From an uncultured Roseburia sp. (GTDB taxonomy: Bacteria; Bacillota; Clostridia; Lachnospirales; Lachnospiraceae): 64,000 bases of DNA. How positions within the stretch are numbered: position 1 is the first letter of the stretch; the number at the start of each line of letters is the position of its first letter. A program made the position numbers and the translations under genes. The DNA lies in NCBI GenBank assembly GCA_964573715.1, contig CAZNKR010000001.1:30599-94598 (forward strand), in the 5' to 3' direction. Under the pieces are notes generated by a model. It saw only the letters and a program-made list of their open reading frames with translations. It searched no databases and was not told the origin of the DNA. Shown here piece after piece: positions 10,006-19,353 of the stretch.

Positions 10006-11013
10006 TTAATTTATTTTCAACCACTCCACAAAATTTTCTTTTAAACTTTCTTTCATTGGTACATTTAATTCAATAAAAGTTTTATCTAGTGCCTCAAAAA
10101 CAGTTATCATATTCTGTTTTGTCGCATTTTCTCCCATATGTCCTATCCTGATAACTTTTCCCCTCAAATAATCAAAGGAACCAGTTAATAAAATATTCTT
10201 ATCCTTCATATGAGACAAAATTTCATTTTCACTTGTACCCTTAGGTATCATAAATACTGTAACTGTATCTGAAAAGCCTGATTTTTGATATAGTTTTAAT
10301 CCGCTCTTTGTCAATGCATATCTGGTTGCAGCAGCTATCTTTTTGTGTCTATTAATTGTATCTGGTTTGATATTAAGTACAGCTTCATGCAGACCACATA
10401 TATCACTAATAGGCATTGTATATGGAAACCATTTATCCTTGTAGTAATTTTTAAAGTTTGCCAAATTTCCATAAAAAGATTTAACCGGAGTCATCCTATT
10501 ATATATTACTTTCTTTGCAGCTTCACTAATTGTCACTAAGGTTAGTCCAACTGGTGCAGATAATGCTTTTTGAGAACCACCACATAAAATATCAATTTGC
10601 CATTCATCTACCATAACTTCATTTCCAAACATTCCAGAAACTGAATCTACAACTGTAAGTATTCCGTAGGATTTTAACAATGGGCAAATTCTTTTAATAT
10701 CATTAAGCATACCGCTAGGTGTATCACAATGAACCACTGTTGCATATATCCCATTGTCAATAACCAAAACTCTATCATTCTCCTCTGTTAATGAGGCACA
10801 TGCCGCTTCAAGGCCAAGGATTCCTTCTCCTGATAAAATCAATGTTTCATTTTGTGTAAATAAAAGGCTACTAATTTTCTTACAAGTATCAACATAAAAT
10901 TCAACAAAATCCTCATCAATGTCTGGATTTGTACATGGAATTGCTCTAGCCTCTCTAACATTCTTTGCCACCATTGTTGGCCCTGGTGTCATAACAAGAT
11001 AATCTGTTTTCAT
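10006..11013 (-). CDS. class V (AGXT/serine-pyruvate type) PLP-dependent aminotransferase, apparently carrying an internal in-frame deletion
   Basis: 335 aa. Has MTPGPT near the N-terminus and the PLP-Lys motif GGSQKAL. The usual ~40-50 aa between VLVIDNGIY and ATVVHCDTPSG seems to be missing. Confidence 0.75.
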   Translation of the reverse strand: MKTDYLVMTPGPTMVAKNVREARAIPCTNPDIDEDFVEFYVDTCKKISSLLFTQNETLILSGEGILGLEAACASLTEENDRVLVIDNGIYATVVHCDTPSGMLNDIKRICPLLKSYGILTVVDSVSGMFGNEVMVDEWQIDILCGGSQKALSAPVGLTLVTISEAAKKVIYNRMTPVKSFYGNLANFKNYYKDKWFPYTMPISDICGLHEAVLNIKPDTINRHKKIAAATRYALTKSGLKLYQKSGFSDTVTVFMIPKGTSENEILSHMKDKNILLTGSFDYLRGKVIRIGHMGENATKQNMITVFEALDKTFIELNVPMKESLKENFVEWLKIN

Positions 11014-11117
11014 ATTTCTTACCTCTTTTATTTTATTATGTGAATGTTATCATAAAAGAAAAAAAACTGGAATAGCCAGAATATAAATTTTAGGCCATAC
11101 CAGTTTTGATTTTAATT

Positions 11118-12044
11118 TTATATTTTCAAGAAAAATAATACTAAAGGAATAGAAAATACAGACAATATTGTTGAAATAAACACTGCTTTCGCTGCAAGCT
11201 TTTCGTCCCCTTTATATTCTATTGCAAACATTATAGCATTAGTTGCTATTGGCATTAGTAAAAGAATCATCATAACTCCAAATAATAAACTATCATGAAT
11301 AAAATATTTTACAGTTGGAAATAAAATTATTGGTATTACTATCTGTTTGATAACACAAAACAAGTACACTTTACCTTCGTTAAACACCTCTCTAATAGCC
11401 ATAGTAGCTAAAGTAGAGCCCATTAATAGCATAGCTAATGGTGTGGTGGTAGAGCCAACTGAATTAATTGTTTTTGCTACTATATCCGGGAATCTTACAT
11501 CAAATAAATATATAAATATGGCACCTACTGAAAAAATCACTCCTGGTGAAAATAATTTACCTATAGAAAATTTAGTGTTAACACCGCCACCATATCTAAG
11601 AATTAATATTCCAATGGTAAATGAAGTAACATTAAATACTATATTTACAATTGCTGTATAAAAAACGGCTGTTTGGTCAAAAACTGCAGAAACTACAGGT
11701 ATACCCATAAATCCAATATTTGAAAATGTCATCATAAATGAATATAAGCCCTGTTTTTTAACATCCGCTCTTATTAATTTAGCAATAATAATTCCAATTA
11801 TTGGCATGGCAATATAAATAATTATGGAAGAAATAAATGTAGTTTTAACTGTATTAATATCAGGTCTTACTGGTAATGTTAATACAGAATCTATAATAAG
11901 TGCGGGCATGGTAACATGAAGTATCAGCTTTGTTAATTTTTGATTGAAATTTTTATCAAAGACTCCTACCTTAAGCAAAAAATATCCCAGAAAAATCATT
12001 AAAAAAAGTTGTATCATAATGTTGATTATTACTTGATTGTCCAT
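11118..12044 (-). CDS. AEC (auxin efflux carrier) family permease
   Basis: 308 aa, about 10 predicted TM helices, with N-terminus and repeat organisation typical of AEC/malate permease-like transporters. Confidence 0.75.
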   Translation of the reverse strand: MDNQVIINIMIQLFLMIFLGYFLLKVGVFDKNFNQKLTKLILHVTMPALIIDSVLTLPVRPDINTVKTTFISSIIIYIAMPIIGIIIAKLIRADVKKQGLYSFMMTFSNIGFMGIPVVSAVFDQTAVFYTAIVNIVFNVTSFTIGILILRYGGGVNTKFSIGKLFSPGVIFSVGAIFIYLFDVRFPDIVAKTINSVGSTTTPLAMLLMGSTLATMAIREVFNEGKVYLFCVIKQIVIPIILFPTVKYFIHDSLLFGVMMILLLMPIATNAIMFAIEYKGDEKLAAKAVFISTILSVFSIPLVLFFLKI

Positions 12045-12145
12045 TGTATCCTCTTTCTTGTCTCCATAATTAATGCATAAAATGTATCATATATTTATTT
12101 TATCATTTAGTCAACAATTTTTTAGATACTTTATTACATAAGCTA

Positions 12146-12344
12146 TTACTCATTATCCTCCATATACTTTTTAAGCTTTATTAATGCCTTCTTTTCTATC
12201 CTACTTACATAGCTTCTTGAAATTTTCATTTCATCTGCTAATTCCCTTTGTGTCACAGGATATTATGTCTAAAATATTTATTACATTTCCCTCTTTGTCA
12301 GTACCTATAGGTTCATACAAGCTTACTTCTCTATTCTTTTTTTC
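12146..12344 (-). pseudogene. sigK: remnant of sporulation sigma factor SigK (regions 3/4 only; N-terminus absent, internal deletion plus frame change)
   Basis: One minus-strand frame gives EKKNREVSLYEPIGTDKEGNVINILDIISCDT then a stop. The next frame gives TQRELADEMKISRSYVSRIEKKALIKLKKYMEDNE-stop. EPIGxDKEGN and ISRSYVSRIEK(K/R)AL are SigK-type signatures. No region 2 sequence lies between this remnant and the U32 gene stop at 12443. Confidence 0.7.
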
Positions 12345-12442
12345 TCACTACGAAGGAACATCAAAAAAAGCTACCAAAGAAAAGCACCTCAAGCAACATT
12401 TATACATTGTATGTATAATCCTCGCTTAAAGTGCCTTTCCAA

Positions 12443-13669
12443 CTAATCTTCTTTTCTTCTAATTATATCAAATTTGTCTAATTTTACACCTAAATCAATA
12501 TAAAGAACTTGTTTTGGATGTGGTGCAGATTCTACCATATTTCCATCCTCATCTTTAATACTTTTCACAGTAACCAAAAGATTGTTTCCATCTGGCTTCA
12601 TGACTTCAACAGTCTCACCAACGCTAAACTTATTACGCTGTTCAATACGATAGCTTCCCTCTACCTCATCCCCAATAATTCCTAGGTATGTGTATTCCTT
12701 ACAGTAGGTATTGCTGTCATATATTTGTGTGTTTTCATCTGGCTTTCCAAAGAAAAATCCAGTAGTATACTGTCTATACGTACATTTTGCTATCTCTGAT
12801 TTATAAAATGGTAATCTTTCCTCATAGTATTTTGGATCCTTTTTATAGTCATTAATTGCAAGACGATATGTTCTTGCAACAGTAGCAACATATAAAGCTG
12901 TCTTCATACGACCTTCTATTTTCAAACTATCAATTCCAGATTCCATAAGCTCTGGAATATGTTCAATCATACACAAATCCTTAGAATTGAAAATATATGT
13001 TCCTCGTTCATTTTCATATACTGGCATATATTGACCTGGTCTAGATTCTTCAACTACAGAGTATTTCCATCTACATGGATGAGTACATGCTCCTCTGTTT
13101 GCATCTCGTCCGGCCATAAAGCTGCTAAGAAGGCATCTGCCTGAATAAGATATGCACATCGCCCCATGAATGAAGGTTTCTATTTCCAAATCATCTGGAA
13201 TGTTTTCTCTTATTTCTTTTATTTCTCTAAGAGAAAGCTCCCTTGCTGATACAACTCTTTTAGCACCAAGTGAATGCCAAAAGTTGTAGGTTCCATAATT
13301 TGTATTATTTGCCTGTGTACTAATATGAAGCTCCATATCTGGAAGAACTTCCTTTGCTATAGTAAACACTGCGGGATCTGCAATAATTAATGCATCAGGT
13401 TTTACATCTTTAAGTTCTTCAAAATATTCTCTGACACCGGACAAATCATTATTGTGAGCAAGTATATTTGCTGTAACATATACCTTTACATCATGTTCAT
13501 GAGCAAATTGAATTCCCTCTTTCATTTCTTCTAATGTGAAATTCTTAGCCTTTGCACGGAGTCCAAATGCCTCTCCCCCTATATATACTGCATCAGCTCC
13601 ATATACAACAGCAACCTTTAATACTTCAAGGCTACTTGCTGGAATAAGTAATTCTGGTTTGCTATACAT
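12443..13669 (-). CDS. peptidase U32 family protein (YrrO/TrhP-like)
   Basis: 408 aa. U32 signature region (IETFIHGAMCISYSGRCLLSS) and synteny with the yrrM-like methyltransferase. Confidence 0.9.
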   Translation of the reverse strand: MYSKPELLIPASSLEVLKVAVVYGADAVYIGGEAFGLRAKAKNFTLEEMKEGIQFAHEHDVKVYVTANILAHNNDLSGVREYFEELKDVKPDALIIADPAVFTIAKEVLPDMELHISTQANNTNYGTYNFWHSLGAKRVVSARELSLREIKEIRENIPDDLEIETFIHGAMCISYSGRCLLSSFMAGRDANRGACTHPCRWKYSVVEESRPGQYMPVYENERGTYIFNSKDLCMIEHIPELMESGIDSLKIEGRMKTALYVATVARTYRLAINDYKKDPKYYEERLPFYKSEIAKCTYRQYTTGFFFGKPDENTQIYDSNTYCKEYTYLGIIGDEVEGSYRIEQRNKFSVGETVEVMKPDGNNLLVTVKSIKDEDGNMVESAPHPKQVLYIDLGVKLDKFDIIRRKED

Positions 13670-13678
13670 AAATGCCTC

Positions 13679-14320
13679 CTATATCTTTACGCTAAGTGTT
13701 ATTCCATCACCAATTGGAATGACACTAGTAATAAGTTCTTTTGAATTTTTCACTTCATATAAGAACTCTCGAATTCTTTTATGAATAGTTCTATTTCTTC
13801 TAGTTACTGTAAATTTGGATTCTACCAAATCCCCTTCTTGCAAAACATTATCTGCAATTAAAATTCCACCTTTAGGCATTACCTTTAATACCTCAGGTAA
13901 AAAATTGATGTATTGGGCTTTAGCAGCATCCATAAAAACAAAATCATACTGTTCATTAAGTGTAGGAATAACTTCTAATGCATCTCCAAATATAAGCTTT
14001 ATTCTATCACCATCTTTGGACATACTAATGTTTTTAGTAGCTATGGGTATTCTTTTGTCATAATTTTCAATTGTTGTAATAGTACAATCCTTAGGCATAT
14101 ATTCGCTCATAAGAATTGCCGAGTATCCGATGGCACATCCAAGTTCTAAGATACGCTTTGGTTGTTTAATAGCAACCATAGTTCTTAGATATCCTTCCAT
14201 CTCCTTTCGGATAATCGGCACGTTATTTTCTTTTGCAAAATCCTCTATCTGTGTTAGTAGTGGGGAATTTGTTTTTTCTAATGAATGAATATACGATACA
14301 ATACGTTCATTTACTATCAT
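13679..14320 (-). CDS. SAM-dependent O-methyltransferase (YrrM/TrmR-like, class I, caffeoyl-CoA OMT family)
   Basis: 213 aa with SAM motif ILELGCAIGYSA and FMDAAK. Neighbourhood is identical to Bacillus yrrM. Confidence 0.85.
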   Translation of the reverse strand: MIVNERIVSYIHSLEKTNSPLLTQIEDFAKENNVPIIRKEMEGYLRTMVAIKQPKRILELGCAIGYSAILMSEYMPKDCTITTIENYDKRIPIATKNISMSKDGDRIKLIFGDALEVIPTLNEQYDFVFMDAAKAQYINFLPEVLKVMPKGGILIADNVLQEGDLVESKFTVTRRNRTIHKRIREFLYEVKNSKELITSVIPIGDGITLSVKI

Positions 14321-14321
14321 A

Positions 14322-14702
14322 TTATTCCTCGTTGGTATCTTTATCAGTAATTCTTAATGCCTCTATAATTTCCTCTGGACTATACTCTGTACTTAGCTCG
14401 TATTTTCCAGGCTTTATATCTGCTTCATATAAGAAAGCCTGAAGAGCAAATGCATAAGAGCTGTCAATAAGTCCATTTTTAGAAAGTATGTCTCCTATAT
14501 CTAATGTAGATGCTCCCTGTGGAATAGTTATCTGTACATTTGTACCTTCACCACTTTTAGCCATACCTTCTTCAGTAAATACCTTCTCACCAAATGAGAA
14601 TGCATTACTACACACCAAGTAAAAAACAACAACCACAATAATATATACTAAAATCTTTAATGAAGTTTGAAGTATAGCTGATGATGTTTTTTTTAGATTC
14701 AT
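14322..14702 (-). CDS. short MltG/YceG-like protein (TM anchor plus LysM-like N-domain only, no catalytic domain)
   Basis: 126 aa. TM segment, then VQITIPQGASTLDIGDILSKNGLI...IKPGKYEL, which resembles the MltG N-terminal module. It occupies the yrrL (mltG) position but ends before the lytic transglycosylase domain. Confidence 0.55.
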   Translation of the reverse strand: MNLKKTSSAILQTSLKILVYIIVVVVFYLVCSNAFSFGEKVFTEEGMAKSGEGTNVQITIPQGASTLDIGDILSKNGLIDSSYAFALQAFLYEADIKPGKYELSTEYSPEEIIEALRITDKDTNEE

Positions 14703-14755
14703 AATATATCTCCAATCCTTTTTAAGCGACTACTTTTTGCATTATAACTAAATCC

Positions 14756-15091
14756 TTATAAAAAGTCTAGTTCTAATTGAAGTCCGCCTACAAGAATTTC
14801 ATTTATCTGTTGCATCATCTTACATACTACTAATTCAGAATTCAAGTAATTGGCAGCTACAGTATTATTAAGAATATCTGCGTATTGAGATAAAAGTAAA
14901 TTTGAAATTTCCTTCCCTGTCTTTCCACTATACTGAGTCGAAATTCTAGCTTTTCTAAAGGTTTGAACTCGTTCTTTAAGTTCAGGGGTTTCTTCCAATA
15001 ATCTCCTATAAATATCAAATGTTTGATATTCATCACTATCTAATACTGCCTTAATTAATTCATAGGCTTTGCCTTTTACATTGTCGTTCAT
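14756..15091 (-). CDS. YlbF/YmcA family protein
   Basis: The ORF track starts at 15109, but the ATG at 15091 has an AGAGG RBS and clears the rnj stop. The helical protein carries DSDEYQ...PELKERVQTFRK...NSELVVCKMMQQINEI, resembling clostridial YlbF-like proteins. Confidence 0.6.
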   Translation of the reverse strand: MNDNVKGKAYELIKAVLDSDEYQTFDIYRRLLEETPELKERVQTFRKARISTQYSGKTGKEISNLLLSQYADILNNTVAANYLNSELVVCKMMQQINEILVGGLQLELDFL

Positions 15092-15101
15092 ATTAATGCC
15101 T

Positions 15102-16817
15102 CTATTCAACTTCCATAATGATTGGTAAAATCATTGGATTTCTCTTAATTTTTTTCCATAAATAATCACTAAGTGCTTCTTTAACGATCATTTTAATTTT
15201 GCCCCAGTCAGCAATGTTTTTCTCTATACAGTCAATCACTGCATCATTGACAACTTTTCTAGCATCCTCTAAAAGATTCTCAGCTTCTCTAACATACACA
15301 AAGCCTCTAGAAACAATATCAGGGCCTGTAAGTAACTGATTTGAATATTTTTCAAAAGTCATTACCACAATGATAATACCATTTTCAGCTAAGTTCTGTC
15401 TGTCTCTAAGAACAATATTACCAACATCGCCAACACCAAGTCCATCAACTAATATGCTACCAGCCTGAACATGATCTTTTACATAGCCTTCTTTATTGCT
15501 AAGTTCCAAAACATCTCCTGAAGATAAAAGGAAAATGTTATCTGTTGGAACTCCCATAGATTCAGCTAATTCTGCATGACCCTTTAAATGTCTGTATTCA
15601 CCATGCACAGGAATAGAATACTTTGGTTTTACTAATGAATAAATAAGCTTTATTTCTTCCTGACAAGCATGTCCTGATACGTGAGTATCCTGGAAAATAA
15701 CATTTGCGCCTTTCATTGAAAGCTCATTAATAACCTTAGATACAGCCTTTTCATTACCAGGAATTGGAGTTGAACTAAATACTACTGTATCTCCTGGTTT
15801 AATTGTAACCTTACGATGAATTGATGCAGCCATTCTAGAAAGAGCAGCCATAGACTCACCTTGTGAACCAGTAGTAATAAGTACAAGCTGGTCATCAGTG
15901 TAATTTTTCATTTCTTCAATATCTATTATAGTGTTATCTGGAATCTGTAAATAATCTAATCCCCTAGCTGTAGTAATGATATTTACCATACTACGTCCTT
16001 CAATAACAACTTTTCTTCCATATTTGTTAGCCGAATTAATAATCTGCTGAACACGATCTACGTTTGATGCAAATGTAGCAACAATAATACGTCTAGATGC
16101 ATTTTCTGCAAATATATGATCAATAGTTTTTCCAACTGTTCTTTCTGAACTTGTAAATCCAGGTCTAAGTACATTTGTACTATCTGCCATGAGAGCAAGT
16201 ACACCCTTTTTACCAAGTTCACCAAATCTTGTGAGATCTATAGTATCTCCAAATACTGGAGTGTAATCAATTTTAAAGTCGCCTGTATGAACAATACAAC
16301 CTGCGGGGGTAAAAATAGCAAGTCCAGCAGCATCTGCAATACTATGATTTACTTTGATAAATTCAATTCTAAAGCAACCAAGATTTATTGACTGACCATG
16401 TTTTACAATTTTCTTCTTTACAAGTTTTTCTATGCCATGTTCCTTAAGCTTTCCTTCAATAATACCAAGTGTTAGCTTTGTTGCATATAAAGGAACATTG
16501 ATTTCTTTTAAAACGTATGGAATAGCTCCAATATGATCCTCATGACCATGAGTTATAATAATACCCTTTATCTTATCTGCATTTTCCTTAAGATAAGTAA
16601 TATCCGGAATAACCAAATCTATACCTAACATTTCATCATCTGGGAAAGACAATCCACAATCCACTATGATAATGCTGTCTTCATATTCAAAGCATGTCAT
16701 GTTCATACCAATCTGTTCTAATCCACCAAGTGGTATGATTTTTATCTTTGCGTTTTCTTTTTCTTCTACTTTCACGTGCGCACCTCCTAAATGCCTGCTA
16801 TATAAATCTAAATTCAT
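15102..16817 (-). CDS. rnj: ribonuclease J
   Basis: Metallo-beta-lactamase motif ITHGHEDHIG, beta-CASP and C-terminal domain. An alternative GTG start at 16775 has a strong AGGAGGTG RBS, while the ATG at 16817 overlaps the upstream stop (TAATG). Confidence 0.95.
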   Translation of the reverse strand: MNLDLYSRHLGGAHVKVEEKENAKIKIIPLGGLEQIGMNMTCFEYEDSIIIVDCGLSFPDDEMLGIDLVIPDITYLKENADKIKGIIITHGHEDHIGAIPYVLKEINVPLYATKLTLGIIEGKLKEHGIEKLVKKKIVKHGQSINLGCFRIEFIKVNHSIADAAGLAIFTPAGCIVHTGDFKIDYTPVFGDTIDLTRFGELGKKGVLALMADSTNVLRPGFTSSERTVGKTIDHIFAENASRRIIVATFASNVDRVQQIINSANKYGRKVVIEGRSMVNIITTARGLDYLQIPDNTIIDIEEMKNYTDDQLVLITTGSQGESMAALSRMAASIHRKVTIKPGDTVVFSSTPIPGNEKAVSKVINELSMKGANVIFQDTHVSGHACQEEIKLIYSLVKPKYSIPVHGEYRHLKGHAELAESMGVPTDNIFLLSSGDVLELSNKEGYVKDHVQAGSILVDGLGVGDVGNIVLRDRQNLAENGIIIVVMTFEKYSNQLLTGPDIVSRGFVYVREAENLLEDARKVVNDAVIDCIEKNIADWGKIKMIVKEALSDYLWKKIKRNPMILPIIMEVE

Positions 16818-17083
16818 TATTTTTCAAGGTCAATATCATCTAAAATTTCTGCAAATATCTTTGATACAGCATCTAATTCATTATCATCTTCCACGATTTC
16901 ATAAATAGCCTCTGCATCTGAATCCTTTGATAAATCCTTTAAAATATATGCATCTTCTGATGTTTCATCATCTGTTTCTGTTACAAGAATGTAATTTGTA
17001 TTGTTTATTCTTGTTTGTTCTACTACATAAAATTCTACTTCTTCTCCAGTTTCTGAAACTGTGAAATTAATTTTTTCTGTCAT
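16817..17083 (-). CDS. DUF1292 (YrzB-like) protein
   Basis: 88 aa, acidic (EFYVVEQTRINNTNYILV...), in the yrzB position after ruvX. Confidence 0.8.
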   Translation of the reverse strand: MTEKINFTVSETGEEVEFYVVEQTRINNTNYILVTETDDETSEDAYILKDLSKDSDAEAIYEIVEDDNELDAVSKIFAEILDDIDLEK

Positions 17084-17093
17084 AAATCCTCCA

Positions 17094-17519
17094 TTATGCG
17101 TTGCTACGCGAATCTAAAAAACCTTGTAAAATAAAAACTGCTGCAATACTATCTACATACTTGCCTCTATCCTCACGTCTGATTCCCGCTTCTATCATGG
17201 CTTTGTGTGCACTAACTGTTGTGAGTCTTTCATCCCACATAGTCACCTTTAAGCCTGTTCTTCTTTCTAACATATCTTTAAACTCTAGTGACTTTTCTGC
17301 ACGGTCACCCAGTGAGTTATTCATATTTTTAGGTAAACCTAAAACAATTTCGCTTACTTCATATTCTTTAATTAATTCTTCAATACGCGCAAGAGATTTT
17401 CTAAGCTTATTTTCTTGCTCCCTCCTTATTATTTCAATAGGCTGCGCAGTAAATAAAAGTGGATCTGAAATAGCCACTCCTACCGTCTTTGAACCATAAT
17501 CAAGTCCCATAATTCTCAT
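17094..17519 (-). CDS. ruvX: Holliday-junction resolvase-like nuclease RuvX/YqgF
   Basis: 141 aa with N-terminus [19 protein letters not shown] and WDERLTT. Confidence 0.93.
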   Translation of the reverse strand: MRIMGLDYGSKTVGVAISDPLLFTAQPIEIIRREQENKLRKSLARIEELIKEYEVSEIVLGLPKNMNNSLGDRAEKSLEFKDMLERRTGLKVTMWDERLTTVSAHKAMIEAGIRREDRGKYVDSIAAVFILQGFLDSRSNA

Positions 17520-17531
17520 ATTTCCACCTAT

Positions 17532-17801
17532 CTACTTATCACTTTTAAGTTTGTTATTTATATAGTATGTTAGTGCTTCTTCAATTAACTCATCTCGTTC
17601 AACCTTCATAATAAGGCTTCTAGCATTGTTATGGCTAGTAATATATGTTGGGTCTCCTGACATAATATATCCTACTATTTGATTTACAGGGTTGTATCCT
17701 TTTTCTACAAGAGCATTGTAAACGACCTTTAATACTTCGCCTACCTCTACCTTTGGTTCTTCTACTGTCTTAAAATATTGTGTACTACTAATAACGCTCA
17801 T
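17532..17801 (-). CDS. ireB: IreB family regulatory phosphoprotein (UPF0297/YrzL)
   Basis: 89 aa. GYNPVNQIVGYIMSGDPTYITSHNNAR is the family signature. Confidence 0.9.
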   Translation of the reverse strand: MSVISSTQYFKTVEEPKVEVGEVLKVVYNALVEKGYNPVNQIVGYIMSGDPTYITSHNNARSLIMKVERDELIEEALTYYINNKLKSDK

Positions 17802-17872
17802 TTTTCCAAACCTTTCTTTAATTGTAACTTATCTATCACGCACAACTATACTAGTCTATTTTATACTAAATT

Positions 17873-19180
17873 CTATAATTGGGCAAGTAAAATTTCTCCT
17901 ATGTTTTTTTCAATAGATACTTTTACTATTTCACCAGATAAATCCTTATTTGATTTTATACCAACCTTTACATACTCCATAGTATGTCCAACCTGATATT
18001 TTTCCCCACCAATATTAGTTTCCTCTTCTACCAATATTAATGTTTCACTTCCTATAAATCTATTTCTATATTCTGTGTTTTGTTTATCATTTAGTTCTAA
18101 TAGAATATCACTTCTTTTTCCTTTAACCAAATCATCTATTTGTCCATCCATATTTGCGGCTATTGTTCCCTTACGTTTAGAATATTTGAATATATGCATT
18201 TCTGCAAAATTCACTTTTTCTAAAAATTCTTTACATTCCATGAATTCTTCATCACTCTCTTTAGGAAATCCTACAATTACATCTGTTGTAATTGCTGCAT
18301 TTTCATAATACTTTCTAATAAGAGTAGTAATATTAAAATATTCTTCTGGAGTATAATGTCTATTCATTCTTTTTAAGGTTTCTTCACATCCACTTTGAAG
18401 TGATAAATGAAAATGAGGACAAAATTCAGGAATACTTTTTAACTTTGAAAGAAATGTTTCTGTTACAATCATTGGTTCAAGGGAACCTAATCGCACTCTA
18501 CATATTCCTTCTATATTTGCAACCTCGCTTATTGCATCAATTAGGGAGATGTTCTCATTTTTTAAATCTTTTCCATAGGAACTAAGATGTATTCCTGTTA
18601 AAATTATTTCTTTATATCCTTTTGTGGAAAGCTCTTTAACCTCATTAATAATATCTTCAATTCTTCTTGAACGTATTCTTCCACGAGCATAAGGTATAAT
18701 ACAATAAGTGCAAAACTGATTACAGCCATCTTGAATTTTTATAAATGCTCTGGTATGTTCTGTAACCGTAGTCATCTGCATATCCTCATACTCCGATTCA
18801 TGACTCAAATCATCTAATACAGTATTATGGCTCCTATCCATTAAATATTCTTCAATTATTCCAACTAGTCTAGATTTATTATTATTACCTATAACTATAT
18901 CAATAGCCTCATCCTTTAATATTTCTTCACCTGCTGCTTGTACATAACAGCCTGTGGCAACAACTATTGCATTTGGATTCATTTTCTTAGCTTTATGAAG
19001 CATCTGTCTTGACTTTCTATCAGCAATATTAGTTACTGTACAGGTATTAATAACATATATATCCGCGCCTACATCAAATGGTACTATTTCGTAACCACTC
19101 TCGTAAAGGTTCTGTCTCATGGCATCTGTTTCGTAAGTATTCACCTTACATCCTAGATTATGCAGTGCAACTTTTTTCAT
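17873..19180 (-). CDS. mtaB: tRNA ms2t6A methylthiotransferase MtaB
   Basis: 435 aa. UPF0004 N-domain (LGCKVNTYETD), radical-SAM CxxxCxxC (CNQFCTYC) and a TRAM C-terminus. Size and layout fit MtaB rather than MiaB. Confidence 0.88.
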   Translation of the reverse strand: MKKVALHNLGCKVNTYETDAMRQNLYESGYEIVPFDVGADIYVINTCTVTNIADRKSRQMLHKAKKMNPNAIVVATGCYVQAAGEEILKDEAIDIVIGNNNKSRLVGIIEEYLMDRSHNTVLDDLSHESEYEDMQMTTVTEHTRAFIKIQDGCNQFCTYCIIPYARGRIRSRRIEDIINEVKELSTKGYKEIILTGIHLSSYGKDLKNENISLIDAISEVANIEGICRVRLGSLEPMIVTETFLSKLKSIPEFCPHFHLSLQSGCEETLKRMNRHYTPEEYFNITTLIRKYYENAAITTDVIVGFPKESDEEFMECKEFLEKVNFAEMHIFKYSKRKGTIAANMDGQIDDLVKGKRSDILLELNDKQNTEYRNRFIGSETLILVEEETNIGGEKYQVGHTMEYVKVGIKSNKDLSGEIVKVSIEKNIGEILLAQL

Positions 19181-19353
19181 AATAATTAATTTATCCTTTC
19201 TCTTCTACTTGTTTTACAAGTTCAAATTTTAGGGGCTCTTTTTGTGCAATTTTTTGATTGACTTTTATATCTAATAAATGTAATATGTATACAAATGGGA
19301 AATTATTTTCCATTTATAAAAATTCAAATTTTCAGTATAGGAGGGTTTCCATC

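Noticed and set aside
12184-12429. An 81-aa plus-strand ORF in the AEC/U32 intergenic gap
   Set aside because: The opposite strand carries clear SigK-derived peptide motifs. The plus-strand translation has no features and no RBS.
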